From assembly GCA_036172245.1 (NCBI GenBank), contig JAYWIR010000046.1, positions 744,001-808,000 on the forward strand: 64,000 nt of DNA. Reading direction: 5' to 3'. Every line of letters begins with the position of its first letter. Position 1 is the first letter of the stretch. The position numbers were made by a program, and so were the translations under genes. Shown here piece by piece: positions 12,735-24,349 of the stretch. The notes beneath the pieces were generated by a model, which was not told the DNA's origin, made no database searches, and saw only the letters and a program-made list of their open reading frames with translations. The stretch comes from Raillietiella orientalis. Taxonomy: Eukaryota.

Positions 12735-13565
12735 TTTAAATAAAAAATACCAGTAGCTTGTCAAGTTATAATTACCACAGTAGATTCTAGGATCGATGGA
12801 TTTGATCCCACACATAATACCCATATATTAATCTCCTCTCCTTCCTTATTTTTCCATCATCATCTACCTTATAATCATCCTTTTGCCACCACATTTACCA
12901 CCATTATCCATCACTACCGCTAACACTGTCAAAAACAAAAAGATCATGAAAAACTCCATTTTCTCTCCATCCGAAACCTTTAGCTTTCTTCCCATCACCC
13001 CATCCCATTAGATCCACTGTCATTATCCTACTCATCCCACACCCCGTATAACTATCATCACCAATCCTTAAACTCATTTCCATCCAGTGGATTAAACCAT
13101 TATCAAAAACCATCAACCAGACAACAACTCATATACGCAAACCGAACTATCAATTAAAATTTTCATTACCCCATTCTCCACCCTCATCCTTATTAACCCA
13201 TCAAGAATCGCACAATACACATTCCCATCATCTTTCCATATCTCCCTCCCTACCCATCCTACCATAAGCCTCACCTCTTCTCCAACCACCATAACCCCTC
13301 ACATGTTCGCTTTCATCTCATCCCAAAAAGAACCCCAATATCCCTGTCTCTCCTTATCCTACTCCTAAAAACCAAGGACTCATAATGCAACCAATATCAC
13401 TCTACCTACGACTCTGAGTCAACATCACCACTGACCCCATCCGCACTCTCAAACATTCCCATTAATCCTATCTTCTCCATTCCAAGTATTACTCTAGAAC
13501 TAACCATAGCTCCTATCCAAGCATTACACTTTCACTAAGATCAGCTCCCCATACACAAAAAAACA
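12735..13565 (+). pseudogene. mt trnD remnant, atp8 and atp6 pseudogenes
   Basis: GTAGCTTGTCAAGTTAT (GTC anticodon arm). ATCCCACACATAATACCCATA resembles atp8 IPQM.PM. atp6: ATGAAAAACTCCATTTTCTCT, P.SL.LRL..N, LEL..A.IQA. Confidence 0.75.
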
Positions 13566-13569
13566 CTGT

Positions 13570-14340
13570 GTTAGTGAAGGGGAAATGGTTGGCGGGCTAT
13601 CGCAGCAACAGCGCGTTACCCTGATTCTTTCTCATCTCTCTCTCACTCCCACTCATAACCCTTCTTCCTAATCTGTCTTACACACAACAATCACACTCCA
13701 CTCTACTGAAACTCTGTCTCACATCTACGATCCTGGATAGATTCCTTTGGAGCAAAGACATAAAACGAGAATCTTCATTCTTCTGTATCCTCCCAATAAA
13801 AATAATAAGCGTATTTAAATTTGCAACAATCATATTTATTCTTTCCGAAATCGTTTGATTTGTCTCTCCCAATCATTATTCCATGCCAGATTAAGAGCTA
13901 ATTCAATAACTGAAATTTTCCTGACCTCTCTCCATTATCATCCGCTATAGAAGTATCACTTCTCAACATTGTCCTTCTCCTGAGATCAGACACTTCAGTC
14001 ACATAAACACCTTTAGAAAAAAAAAATTCTCTTTTTCTAATTTTACTATTTTTTACTACCATTACTGTCGGCTTTTTATTTACTGCCACTCAAATTATAG
14101 AATATTTTATAATTAGATATTCCTTTACAGACTCAGATCTTTGGTTTCGCGTTTTTCATGACTGCAGGACTGCACAGTCTTTATGCAATTGCTGGTCTCA
14201 TTTGCCTTACCCTTGCATCACTGCGAATTATTATACTTTCTCATTTTCATTCACCATCTCTCCTTTGAATTTCTATGATACTGGTATTCTTGAAAGTGGT
14301 ATGACTATTTTTCGTCTGCTTCCTTCATCTTTGATCATAC
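13570..14340 (+). pseudogene. cox3: mt cox3 pseudogene
   Basis: D..RE; FILSE; LLN.VLLLSS; FG..FFM..G.H; WYW...VWLF. Confidence 0.85.
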
Positions 14341-14765
14341 CCTTTTAGTATTTACAGTACCTCCGATTATTAAGAAGTGAAGAGTAGTTCTCTCAATGTA
14401 AAATAAGGCATTATCCTTTCAAGATAGAGATCTTGAGAATATTTGAGTTAAGCTTATGCATACCACTGTTAATGGTATACAGTGCCCTAACTCAAATTGC
14501 AATACCATTACTACTAAGTCCTCGACTATTTTCCTAAGCATTTTCAATGCTAAGGAAAATTATAAATTTTCAATGTTTGCTTTGGTAAAAATATCTTAAA
14601 ATACATTTAAATTAAAGTTGAAATAATATTTGTTTTGCAAACAAAAATTTCCAATTTTAATTAAAAATTAAGTTATGCTCATGGCAATCAGTTAATGATT
14701 CACTTAATTCACGGGATAACTTCAAGGACTTCTAATCCTTAACTATTTGTCTATTTTGTCTCTTC
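14341..14765. pseudogene. mt tRNA cluster remnants: G(+), V(-), N(+), F(-), A(+), N/K-like(+), S1(+)
   Basis: trnN 14441-14497: ATTTGAGTTA/TAACTCAAAT acceptor and TACCA-CTGTTAA-TGGTA arm. trnV reverse complement TTATTTTACATTGAGA. trnF reverse complement AGCATTGAAAATGCT. trnA TTTGTTTTGCAAACAAA. trnS1 AAGGA-CTTCTAA-TCCTT. Confidence 0.65.
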
Positions 14766-14769
14766 AAAG

Positions 14770-15143
14770 AAACAAAATTCCTTGTACCTTTCCTCTTAAT
14801 TATTCTTATCTCCTCCTATATCATACTCATAAAACCTACTCTAGCATTCAACGATAATGCTTCATCCCCTTTTGAATGTGGGATGGATCTCAAAACCAAG
14901 TCGCATTCTCCATCCAATTCTTCCTAATTTCTATTGTTTTCTTAATCCTTGATTAAATCTCTATTATTTTCTTTCTCCTAATCTCTTAATTTTCTTAATC
15001 TTTGACAGTGAACTAGTTGTCGTCCTCCCTCTACCTCTGTTCTCATTTTCAGTCATTTTCCATAACCAATTCATCATTATCATTCATTCTTCCTAATCTT
15101 AAAGTGTGAACTACATAATATATCCATTTCATGAATTTTCTAA
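14770..15143 (+). pseudogene. nad3: mt nad3 pseudogene
   Basis: TCCCCTTTTGAATGTGGGATGGAT = SPFECGMD; FSIQFFLIS.VFLI.D, with a local duplication of the VFLIFD segment. Confidence 0.9.
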
Positions 15144-15199
15144 GACAAGGAGTGACTCCAAGACATAATTCTAAGACAGTTTCGACCCAACCTTTAACC

Positions 15200-16950
15200 C
15201 ATGTCTTTGTAAAAAACAAAACTTAATTAAATCAAACTCACTTAACATTTAATAATTTTAATCAAAAACTAACAATTTAATCCCTAACAAATTTTCTAGA
15301 GATATTACTCAAACCAGGCTTACAGTTTGACTCCTTCCGAATTCAAGGAGTTGGTTTATCACTAATTCCTATCCCTAATTCAAGCTACTATTCATTAACT
15401 TACAATTAAACTTCAACACACCCGATTCGAAAACCCTAAACCTCACTAGAATAAGACAATTCGTCTTGAATAATAAATCATAAAATATACTATGAAATAT
15501 TTATTCTCTAACATATAAACAGTATTTCCCTTCTTAATCTTATTACTATCCTTACTCTATTCATCCCTTATCCTATTAATCCTCATTACCCAACTCCTCA
15601 CTATCAAACCTCTCATTAACTTTAAATCTATAATTTTAATCTTTTTCTTTTAATCTATAATCTTTTTCACCATTAACCCGACCACCCTAACCAACACCCA
15701 ACCTACAATCATTTTTACAATCGCTATCTATTTTCCCGTTATAGACAACGAGAACCTTTCAACTTCCTCCACAACCGTTCTGCTTCCTTCTTTCACGAAA
15801 AAGTTTAAAATCATTAAGGAAACATCATACCCAAATCTAATAACAATATTCCTCTTTAACTAACCATCCTAACATTCCACCCCATAAATAACTCTAAATA
15901 CCATCCAAAACATTAAAAACAATTCAACAATACCACACGACATCGAATACATCGATTACTCATTCTATCAAATGATGCTTTCTGTAACAATCCCTTAAAA
16001 AAGGAAATCCCACCAGATACATCACACGAATATTATAAATTACCCTTAAAAATGCAAATGCCACTCTCATTCTCCCTATACCCTGCAAATCTTGTTTTTC
16101 GCAACACTTATGAATTACTCTCTCTCGCACGCAAAAACATCATTAAATTAAATGGGACAAGAATTAACAAATATACTAAGCCAGTATCCCTATATCTAAC
16201 CCCATCCCTACAAATATTATTGCCCAATTGCCTCAATGTTGAATATGCAGTAACTTTTTTTACGTCAAATTCTATCCTTCTAATTATTCCTGAATATACA
16301 ATCGTGACTATATTAATATGCACTATAGCATTATCCATTATCCCAAAAACCGAAATCATCAAACATACGTTCTCAGCAGCTACATTAAATGAATGAACCG
16401 CTGTAAACGCCACCGTAGCTTCTGGTAGTCAAACACCAAATCGCAACTGAGCTCTCTTAGTCATTCTTAGTAATATAAGTATTCAAAAATAACATCAACT
16501 TCAAAAAACACAGAATTTCAAGAGCCTTTGAGTACCAACATTCATCCAACAGCCATCAACAAATTTCTATCCTCAAACGATTACTCAAAAACGTAACCAT
16601 GTCACAATACTCAGAACCATAAACTCGTATGAAGAATTACCAAATAATACGATATAATCCCCAACTTATCTTACCCTAAAATAATACTCACCATCCTCCC
16701 ATTCACAATGCTATCCTTACTACAAACCAAAATACCAAAAACATAAAACTTCTTTATCCACCTTCCCAACTATAAGACATAATTTATAAGCTAAAATAAA
16801 TATTGTACCCCGTTCTAACCATTCCAGCCCTTAATCACTTACTCTAACACTATAACTCTGTGTCCACATACAACCCCCAAACCCACATTCACAATTGTTA
16901 TCCCAACCAACCGATTAGATACACCAAAGCCAAAACTACCTGCGATACCA
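15200..16950 (-). pseudogene. nad5: mt nad5 pseudogene
   Basis: EFDVKKVTAYSTLRQLG (cf. EFDLKKIIALSTLSQLG); MTKSAQ..F..W.PEA; VHS. Confidence 0.9.
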
Positions 16951-16999
16951 AAAATCGTCATCTCATCATTATTATCTATTACACATATAACGATAGCAT

Positions 17000-18150
17000 A
17001 TTTCTCCTTCACGATCGCTTTATACCCCCCCCCCTTCTACAACTATCCTTCCATGGATCATCAGTCTCACGATTCTAGAACTTCCCCTACTAACGTAACC
17101 ATCCCTAAATATAACACTGCATCAATCACCATACCTACCATTCCCACATGCATAACAAAGTAACCCTAATCTCAACGACATATTAAACAAACATGAAATA
17201 ATAATTAACTCTCAAAGTTCACTGAATCTTACCCTTACCCCACCTTTTAAACATATGGATCTCCTCCCCAATCATTCATATACTAATCCTCTGAAGAAGC
17301 AAAAAAAAAAAAAAGGCGACATCTAACCATGAGCCACCATCAACACATGCTATCATCCCTATTTCTCCGCCCATTAACCTTTTATCTACACTCGCTCTTA
17401 TATGGCATATTGAAGTATAGGCCATAATCAAATTATAATCCACCTGTGGAAAACACATCAAACCCCTTACCGAGCCATCTACCATCCTAATTCCGAGCAA
17501 ATAAAAACCTCACAATTTCATACTCCAATTCCTAAATACTGGCATCAACCCCCTTCTTCCAACTTCAACATGACCGCCGCCTGAATTACTGAACCATAAG
17601 AAACAGAATCCACTTAACAAGCCACAAATGTATCCCACACACCGATAGCTTGACAAAAAATTCTTCAAGTAACATCACCCTTTCCATCTTTAAATTCCTA
17701 TCCATTGTCCTTGCAAAAACTTTCATAGTATTGATCACACAAACCAAAAAAAAAACCCTGGAAACTGTGTGTAGAGACAGAAACTTCAAAGAGCCCTTTC
17801 CGATAACCCCACCACAATACCATAGGCACCATAAGAATCATTCTACCTTCAAAAAAATACATAAAATATAAAAAAAACAATCCTCATAAATTCATAGATA
17901 ACTAGAACACTCAAGACCACTCTCACAACCCATCCCTATCCTCCCCTCCAATATTATAAAAAATGGCACTGTAACATTAACAGACTATATCGTACTTCAT
18001 CAACCATTCGATTTATTGCCAAATTCTGCTCTCTGTTCTAATCACCTCATCATCAACAATCATACTACACTCCAACTCACCACTGCCCATCTTATTACTA
18101 CACCCACTATCATCTCAGCAATAAAAATACTATCAATCTTAACATCTAAT
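17000..18150 (-). pseudogene. nad4: mt nad4 pseudogene
   Basis: FFVKL..GIHLWL.K; AAVMLKL; QVDY.LIMAY.SI.H; MVAHG; WGY. Confidence 0.88.
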
Positions 18151-18164
18151 AACACTAACAGATC

Positions 18165-18370
18165 GACAATCATCTTTACCATAGCCCCGCCTGACTAACA
18201 CAGTTAAACACAGTCTCAGAGCCCTTCACAAATTCTAGGCGTCGTCACAATCCGATTCTCATTTCCCCTTGCACTCGTTTCCATCAAAACTCACAAAAAA
18301 ACTTAACCTCCTTAATATTATTATCTCCAACCTCAACAAATTTCTTACAATATTGCCTTTATTTGTACAA
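18165..18370 (-). pseudogene. nad4L: mt nad4L pseudogene
   Basis: Reverse complement reads LL.LE ... ICEG.L ... YG.D. Confidence 0.65.
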
Positions 18371-18869
18371 AACTCGAACCAGTGCTACCATTTCTATTGC
18401 AGTTTTAGTTCTGGGATGCTTAACCCCTTCATATACCTATCACTTTAACCTAAACTCGTATTAACACATCCTCTTGCATAACCGTAATTATAACACCCTT
18501 TCCAATCCACTCTTATACTAATCCTATAATCATAACTCTCTTACTCCTATTACTCCATAACACCATCATCATCCTCAGTAACATTTATACCTCATCTCAT
18601 CCTATATCATCTCATTTCCTTTCCACCACCATCAAAATCGAGATCAACCACTCATCGCCCTCTCATAAACGCCACCAAAATCAAAATCTCATGCTCACAT
18701 ATTCATTTACCCTTACACCCATCTCTACCAAAAAAACATTCCAATTAGTGTTTCATTTGTTTTATTTTTGTTTTTGTTTATTTTATTTCCAAATACAGTT
18801 GCAATACTTAAACACCTACCATCTCAACTTGAACCCACACTAATACATGCTTTTGCATAGCCATAATCA

Positions 18870-19140
18870 TAATGATATCCTTCTAATTCCTGTCCTATAC
18901 TAATCCCATAATCACAGCTCTCCCACTCTCTACTCTCTATCCATCACCGTTCTCATTAACCCCTTTTCCGATGCCATCGTTCCTTACCTCGTTTATGCTC
19001 GAGACAGTCTCATCATCTTTTCCTACATAAGATCTTTAACCTATAATGGACTGTCCACACCCAATCCTAAGCTCCTATTCATTACCCCTTTATTTATTCT
19101 TCCTTCTATACCCACTTACCCCACCCAGCTCCCCTCATCT
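18870..19140 (+). pseudogene. nad6: mt nad6 pseudogene
   Basis: TACCTCGTTTAT...CTCATCATCTTTTCCTACATAAGATCTTTA = YLVY....LIIFSYMSSL, directly upstream of cob. Confidence 0.7.
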
Positions 19141-19149
19141 CTCTCCTCC

Positions 19150-21210
19150 GAAATTCTTCCTTCATTAACTAGTATCCCCATAACCTGCTAACTCAAATAG
19201 CACTTATAGAAATTATTATTATCCAATGAATCACAGGGATCATTATCTCCACACGATATACCCCACCACCACCATCACCAGAAAAGCCTGCATATTCATC
19301 CTCAGTCTCGTGTACAACGCCAATAATGGCTTTCCATCCGGTCACGCAGGAGCATTTATTTATAGAAAAGAAAACATGCAAAAATACAAGGAATTGGATC
19401 CTTGTATTTCCAAAAAACAAAAAGACACACACAGGTCAAACTGGAGGACTCTGTGACTCACAGATCAGCTGAAGAAATTGTTTGGAGCATTGGTGGAATT
19501 GGGGGGGGGGGGCAAACAGGTGAATAAAACAATTGGTGAGAGCTTTAGCCAGTGGGCGGGGATTTCCCTACTGATTTGCTTTTCCAGATGGGACCAGCTG
19601 CATGACTTCTTCATGAAGTAGAGAGCGATGATCTTGCTGGCGCTACTGCTTCTCCAGAGAGCCACGGGCCTCCATCATCTCAAAGTCACGGTGGAAGGCG
19701 AGAGGCCGCCTGGAGGGGAGATCCGACGTGGCAGTCCTGCCGGCGAATCCTCAGGATGTAGGACACTGAGCCAGAAGCTCCCACAACCAACAGAGACCGA
19801 CATAGCTCATCACCTGGTACCCCCTGGAGAGAGGCCCTCCCTCGTAACGTGGCGCAGGAGCTTCTTGCAAGGGAGCAACCACGCCGCATCGCCATTTGAG
19901 GGGCGGCACGCAAGTCCTCAAGCATAGGGGAGGAACGAACAGTTCTGCCAGGGACACACTCGAGGTTTCGTCACGCCGTCCCTTCTCCCGGGCTCACCCG
20001 CTTTGACTAGCTCTTTGGAGAGGAAGGGGGAGCCACCTGCTCAGGAGTTTCTTCACTCCTGCAATTGTGCAGGGGATCATCCACCCTGACAGAGGTCAAC
20101 TACCGTTTCTTTCCCATAGGGAAGACAGCGTTGCGCCAAAGGTGCGGCTGATGAGCCAACCCACTTCTTCTGTTCTCCAGCGATCCTCTGCAGGAAGATC
20201 CTGACCAACCGTCGGACAGGCACGAGATCTTCGGTTCTGGTACTGGTCAAGCGCGTCTAGGTATCCACTCACTCCTGCCGCCAGGCATGGAAGCTCAAAG
20301 TGTGGTAGGAGATCCATTCGTTGGTTTCCAGCAGAGTAAGACTGGTTTCTATGCTACATCCCTGCTAGCCTTGCCTCCCTATTTTTTCCAGCAACTGGCC
20401 TCCACACCGTGCACAATGAATTTAAGTTACTTCGGAAGAAAAAAAACACTACAGTCTGCATATCGAAACTCCTACACCTTATCTTCCTAAGGATAGTATC
20501 ACCCTTAAGATACATTTTCTCTTGAAGACGAATATCTTTCTGAGCTCCCAAGTCATCAACAACCCATTTTCCGCTATCCCCTTCATGGACAAACGCATCG
20601 TTTCGCTCTTACGAGGGAAATTTTTGGCTCCCAGTCCTAAAAGTAACGGATTCTTCTCCCACTATTTCACTTTGCCCACATTCACAACCACAATTAACAT
20701 GCTGCATGTTTATTTCCTTCACAAAAACCTCTCTGCTGATCCCTCAGGAACCAAAAGAAATCCGGACTTATTACTTTTTCCCACCACTCATTACCATTAA
20801 AGATGGAACAAGCCTTTAGTCATTCGTGTTCCACCCTTCGCATATCAGCCGTCCTTTTCGCCCTACAAATTCGTGTCCAAGTTTTTTTCTTCATACTCCC
20901 CAGTCCACCCTTCACTCCATCCGACCCGAGTGACACAATTTCTGTTCGCTCATACCATCCTGCTCTTAGAATCCAACAGATTAGGAGAACATTGCTCGCC
21001 TACTCAGAATTCTACTTTCATTCTGCAAACTTTCTCCTATCCCATCATCACGCCGCTCTGATCCTCTAAAAAAAATAGAAAAAACCTTCTCCCGTTATTG
21101 ATCATATTCTTCTCAATTCTCATATGACTGGAAGCTCAACTATCACCTCATCCCACTGACCTCTCTCAAACTTGCTATTTTCCATATTATTTCTTCCATA
21201 ACCTCCCATT
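19150..21210 (+). pseudogene. cob: mt cob (cytochrome b) pseudogene, split by a retroelement at ~19331-20455
   Basis: IQ.ITG...YTP before the insertion. After it: MSFW..VI.N.FSAIP; FLH; I.PEW..FLFA..IL...N.LG. Confidence 0.9.
19331..20455 (-). mobile_element. CCHC retroelement fragment inserted in cob
   Basis: Reverse complement: PPLKWR..., YFMKKSCSWSHLEKQ (cf. FMKTVSRWPHL). Terminal AAATAAATGCTCCTGCGTGACCGGATGGAAA at 19361-19331. Confidence 0.7.
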
Positions 21211-21214
21211 ACTG

Positions 21215-21335
21215 ACCTCAATACTTCATTCAAAGCATCGATTCTGTAAATCCAAAACCCATAAAGGTAATCCCAGAATCAAGAAATAATCCTTTAGTAC
21301 CCAAAATTAACATTCTTATGAACTGATTCCTGCCT
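21215..21335. pseudogene. mt trnT(+)-like and trnP(-) remnants downstream of cob
   Basis: AAAGCATCGATTCTGTAAATCCAAAA resembles trnT (TGT). CCCAAAATTAACATTCTTATGAACT resembles the reverse complement of trnP. Confidence 0.55.
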
Positions 21336-21615
21336 GTTTCCATCCAATGCATCCTTTCCATGGCTATCTCCCTACTTTACATCAATAAATGAAGCCTGTA
21401 ATGAAACGAAAATGCTCCCAGCGCATATACATCAATCCATCATACCGATTTCGAGGCACCACCCTTCGCCATCATATAACCACCCACATTACAATTAAAC
21501 CTTTCACTCCACCTATTCGGTTCCTCCTCATAAATAGCCTCAATATCATCAGTCTCTAACAAAGTCTCACTCACAAAAACAGAAAGGCAAACATCCTAAA
21601 TCCATACTCTGCTCC
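21335..21615 (-). pseudogene. nad1: mt nad1 3' part, truncated by a retroelement
   Basis: Reverse complement shows SE.L..IE, MA, RF.Y..LM, WK remnants. Confidence 0.65.
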
Positions 21616-21619
21616 CTAT

Positions 21620-22785
21620 CACGAAACCAGTTCAGACACGCCTTTCGAAAAATCATCAAGGAGCTTCAGAAGGTAGTCAGACTCGCGAGGACCAATCCGG
21701 GATGGATCTCGATCCGCCCCGCGAACGGTAGTGCCTGACTTCAGGAAACCGTTCGCCTGTGGGCAAGGATCCACGAGCAATGCGCGTAACAGGTGCGAAG
21801 ATTCGCGCGGCACAACTGCACGCTCTGAGAGATCCTGGAGGATCCCCTAAAGAGCTCGTGGGCAGGAAGAACTTCCCGAGCCGCGGCTCTGCCCTACCTC
21901 AGAGAGCATCTGGACAGTAGCTAGCCCGGGAAATGAGAGGCCCGATGTAGAATCTCTACAAGAGAAAGGGAACAAGGTGGTTGGACCACGGGCCAGCTGA
22001 CTGACGCTGCGACCCCAAGTGCCCCACCGAAAGGACTGTTGCGCTGGAGCGAGCTGCTGAGCATCCCGCTGGAAGTACTCGAGTGGCTCCAGTACTGAAG
22101 AATACCCAGACCCTCCCCCTGAAGTGGCAGGAGTCGGCGTTTCTGGTGTTGCACTGGGGACTCCCCAGAAACGCCCGCCGATCTCACTGGACGAGGAGGA
22201 CTGTGGACCCGAACTGTGTCAGCTGCAGGGTACGGGAATCCCTCTCGCACCTGCTTATTGACTGTGTTGCCCTTCGGCCCCTGTAGTTGCGTTCTGCAAC
22301 GGCCCTAGGAGCACCTTCGAACGCTCCCAGAGACGTATTCAAGCGCCTCTTTGTGCGCGACGCCCTTTCACCTAGCAGCCTTTTGCTGCCTACGTGAAAT
22401 TGTGGCGGCCTGGAGCAATGCCACTAGTGGACGGCACGATAGGGATGCCATCTGCTCCGCCCTGGGGTTCCTGAGGACGGCAGCCAGATGGCCCCATCTG
22501 GGACGCATGCAGATAGAGTTTGCCGGCATCCTGGAAAGGAGTAGGGGGCCTACAGTGGAACGTGCTCCCTTCCCCAGCCCTCTCTATTTTTGTAAATAGC
22601 GTTTTTCTTTATTTTTATTTTTGTTTGCCCCTCCCCCTCCACTGCCGAGTCGAACCCCGCCGGCCTGCGTGCCAGTGACTCCGCAAGTTCCGAACTCTTT
22701 CGGACGTTGTAGGGCCGATGGCCCTCCCTACACATGTTTGTTTGTTTATTAAAATAAATCCCCCGGCGCACCCGGGTGTCAAAAC
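21620..22785 (+). mobile_element. CCHC retroelement 3' fragment, best-preserved zinc finger
   Basis: LPLKWQESAFLVLHWGLPRNARRSHWTRRTVDPNCVSCRVRESLSHLLIDC (CxxC-x7-H-x4-C, zf-RVT-like); RWPHL; terminal AATAAATCCCCCGGCGCACCCGGGTGTCAAAA. Confidence 0.82.
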
Positions 22786-22789
22786 AGCG

Positions 22790-23170
22790 CCGACTGCTGC
22801 CACTTCATGGAAAGGGTGTGCGTGTCTATAAGCACCGGGGGCCACTTCAGGGTTCCACCGGAACATTCAGCAGCTCGCCCCACCGCAAGAGTCCATGTGG
22901 GGTTGTACTCGGGGTCGCAGCGTTGGTCAGCTGACCCGTTTTCCATTCCCCAATCTTCTCCGTCCCGAAAATTTTAAAGAAAACCTCCCATAATTCCTTC
23001 GACCAGCCAGTCGCGTTGCAGGCCTTCGAAGAACATCTTCCGTTCCCGGGCTCTGCTTGTGCCGCTAGGGCGTACACGTTTGTGATCACGTGGTCGATCG
23101 AGTCTGACCATCTGAGAGTCAGTTGGCAACGGCCTGCCTCGCAACTCTGCCTCGCAGCGACCGGCTGAAG
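22790..23170 (-). mobile_element. Inverted internal fragment of the same retroelement family
   Basis: WKTGQLTNAATPS..GLLRWGELL matches WTTGQLTDAATPS..GLLRWSELL at ~21980. Confidence 0.7.
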
Positions 23171-23759
23171 GAAGAAAGAGACCCTGCAAGACTAGAGAGA
23201 GCCTCAGTGCCACGACAGCTGGTCACCCACCCACCCCACCCCCCCATATTTTTATTTATATTTTTTTAATATTTATTTGTGGTCCCCTCCCTCCTGTTCC
23301 GGACTTTCGGTTTTACCGACCTGCGTGTCGGGGATCCTTCCCTTCGTACTTCTGTACCCTTTGTCTGGGAACTCTGTTTCCAGATAATCTTTAAATAAAT
23401 GCCCCGGCGCACCCGGGTGAAAAATAGCTGGTCACCCACTATCCGTTCGATATCCCGTGCCTGCTCTGCAGAGAGCCCCCCTGAGGAGGCAAGCAATTAT
23501 TCTGCACTTGGCGAACCATAAAAAAGAAAAAAAAAAGCTGAAAAGAAAGCAGCAAAAACAGAAGAACCCAATGAAAATTTGGAATTTGTCCTTTTGATTC
23601 TCCCACAAACCCTGCTTCCATTCTCCAGCAGAGATCTATCGCCACCATCATTAATTGGAATCTAAAAACATTTTTTTCCATTAAACAACATAAAAATTCG
23701 GTTGACTAGTTTAACATGAAGCAGTCATTTTGAAAATAAAAATTAACCTCGACCCAGTT

Positions 23760-24339
23760 TCATCTATAATACGCCTCTCTCTGTTTGCCACCACGGAGTG
23801 CATTCGACAATCGTAGGTGCATACTGTGTGCATGTTTTCTTTTCCTGCTCTCCTCTTCGATTTCTTTGGATTTCCTTTCTGATCTTCCTTTTAGATTCCT
23901 TTAACTTTTTTCTGAAACCATCTTTGAGGGAATAAAAAGTCCACGTTATTATCTAATTTCATCAACATTCGCAAACGAGTGTTTCAGCACATTTGTGCCT
24001 TTGACGAGTTTGACAGTCAGTATTGCCAGTACTTGTCACATAATTCAGCACTTCCGTGCTTGTAGTCTGAAGCGATACATGAAGTGATACACGTGATGCA
24101 TAAAATGATGATTGCGAATGACTAAAATGAATTTGTGAGGCAGAGTGACGCACGCTCTTGCCAAGGTCAATCTTTTGCTTCCTATACTTAATGTTATTGT
24201 CTCTCTGCACGCCACACGAGTGGGGTGGGTAGGCTACCCAGGACCCTTACCTCTTGACCTTTAACTGAGATGATTCTGCACGCTCTCCTTGATTGGTACC
24301 AATGTTGAACCTACAATGGTTTAGGCGTGTTTAGCACAA
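23760..24339 (+). repeat. LTR-like dispersed repeat, copy 2
   Basis: Diverged direct copy of 8130-8697. Confidence 0.75.
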
Positions 24340-24349
24340 GGATGTGCCG

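Larger units (their letters stand above)
8700..21615. pseudogene. Large decayed NUMT (nuclear copy of most of a mitochondrial genome), interrupted by two retroelement insertions (~9760-10195 and ~19331-20455)
   Basis: Abrupt switch to C/A/T-rich, G-poor sequence. Recognisable but frameshifted remnants of all 13 mitochondrial protein genes (nad1 partial) and mt-tRNAs in a colinear array, flanked and interrupted by nuclear repeats. Confidence 0.95.

Noticed and set aside
20140..20170. Hammerhead ribozyme core (CTGATGAG)
   Set aside because: No stem II followed by GAAA. Other CTGANGA hits checked by eye also lacked it.
8700..21615. Functional mitochondrial genome or organellar contig
   Set aside because: Pervasive stops and frameshifts even under the invertebrate mitochondrial code, nuclear retroelement insertions, and contiguity with intron-containing genes.
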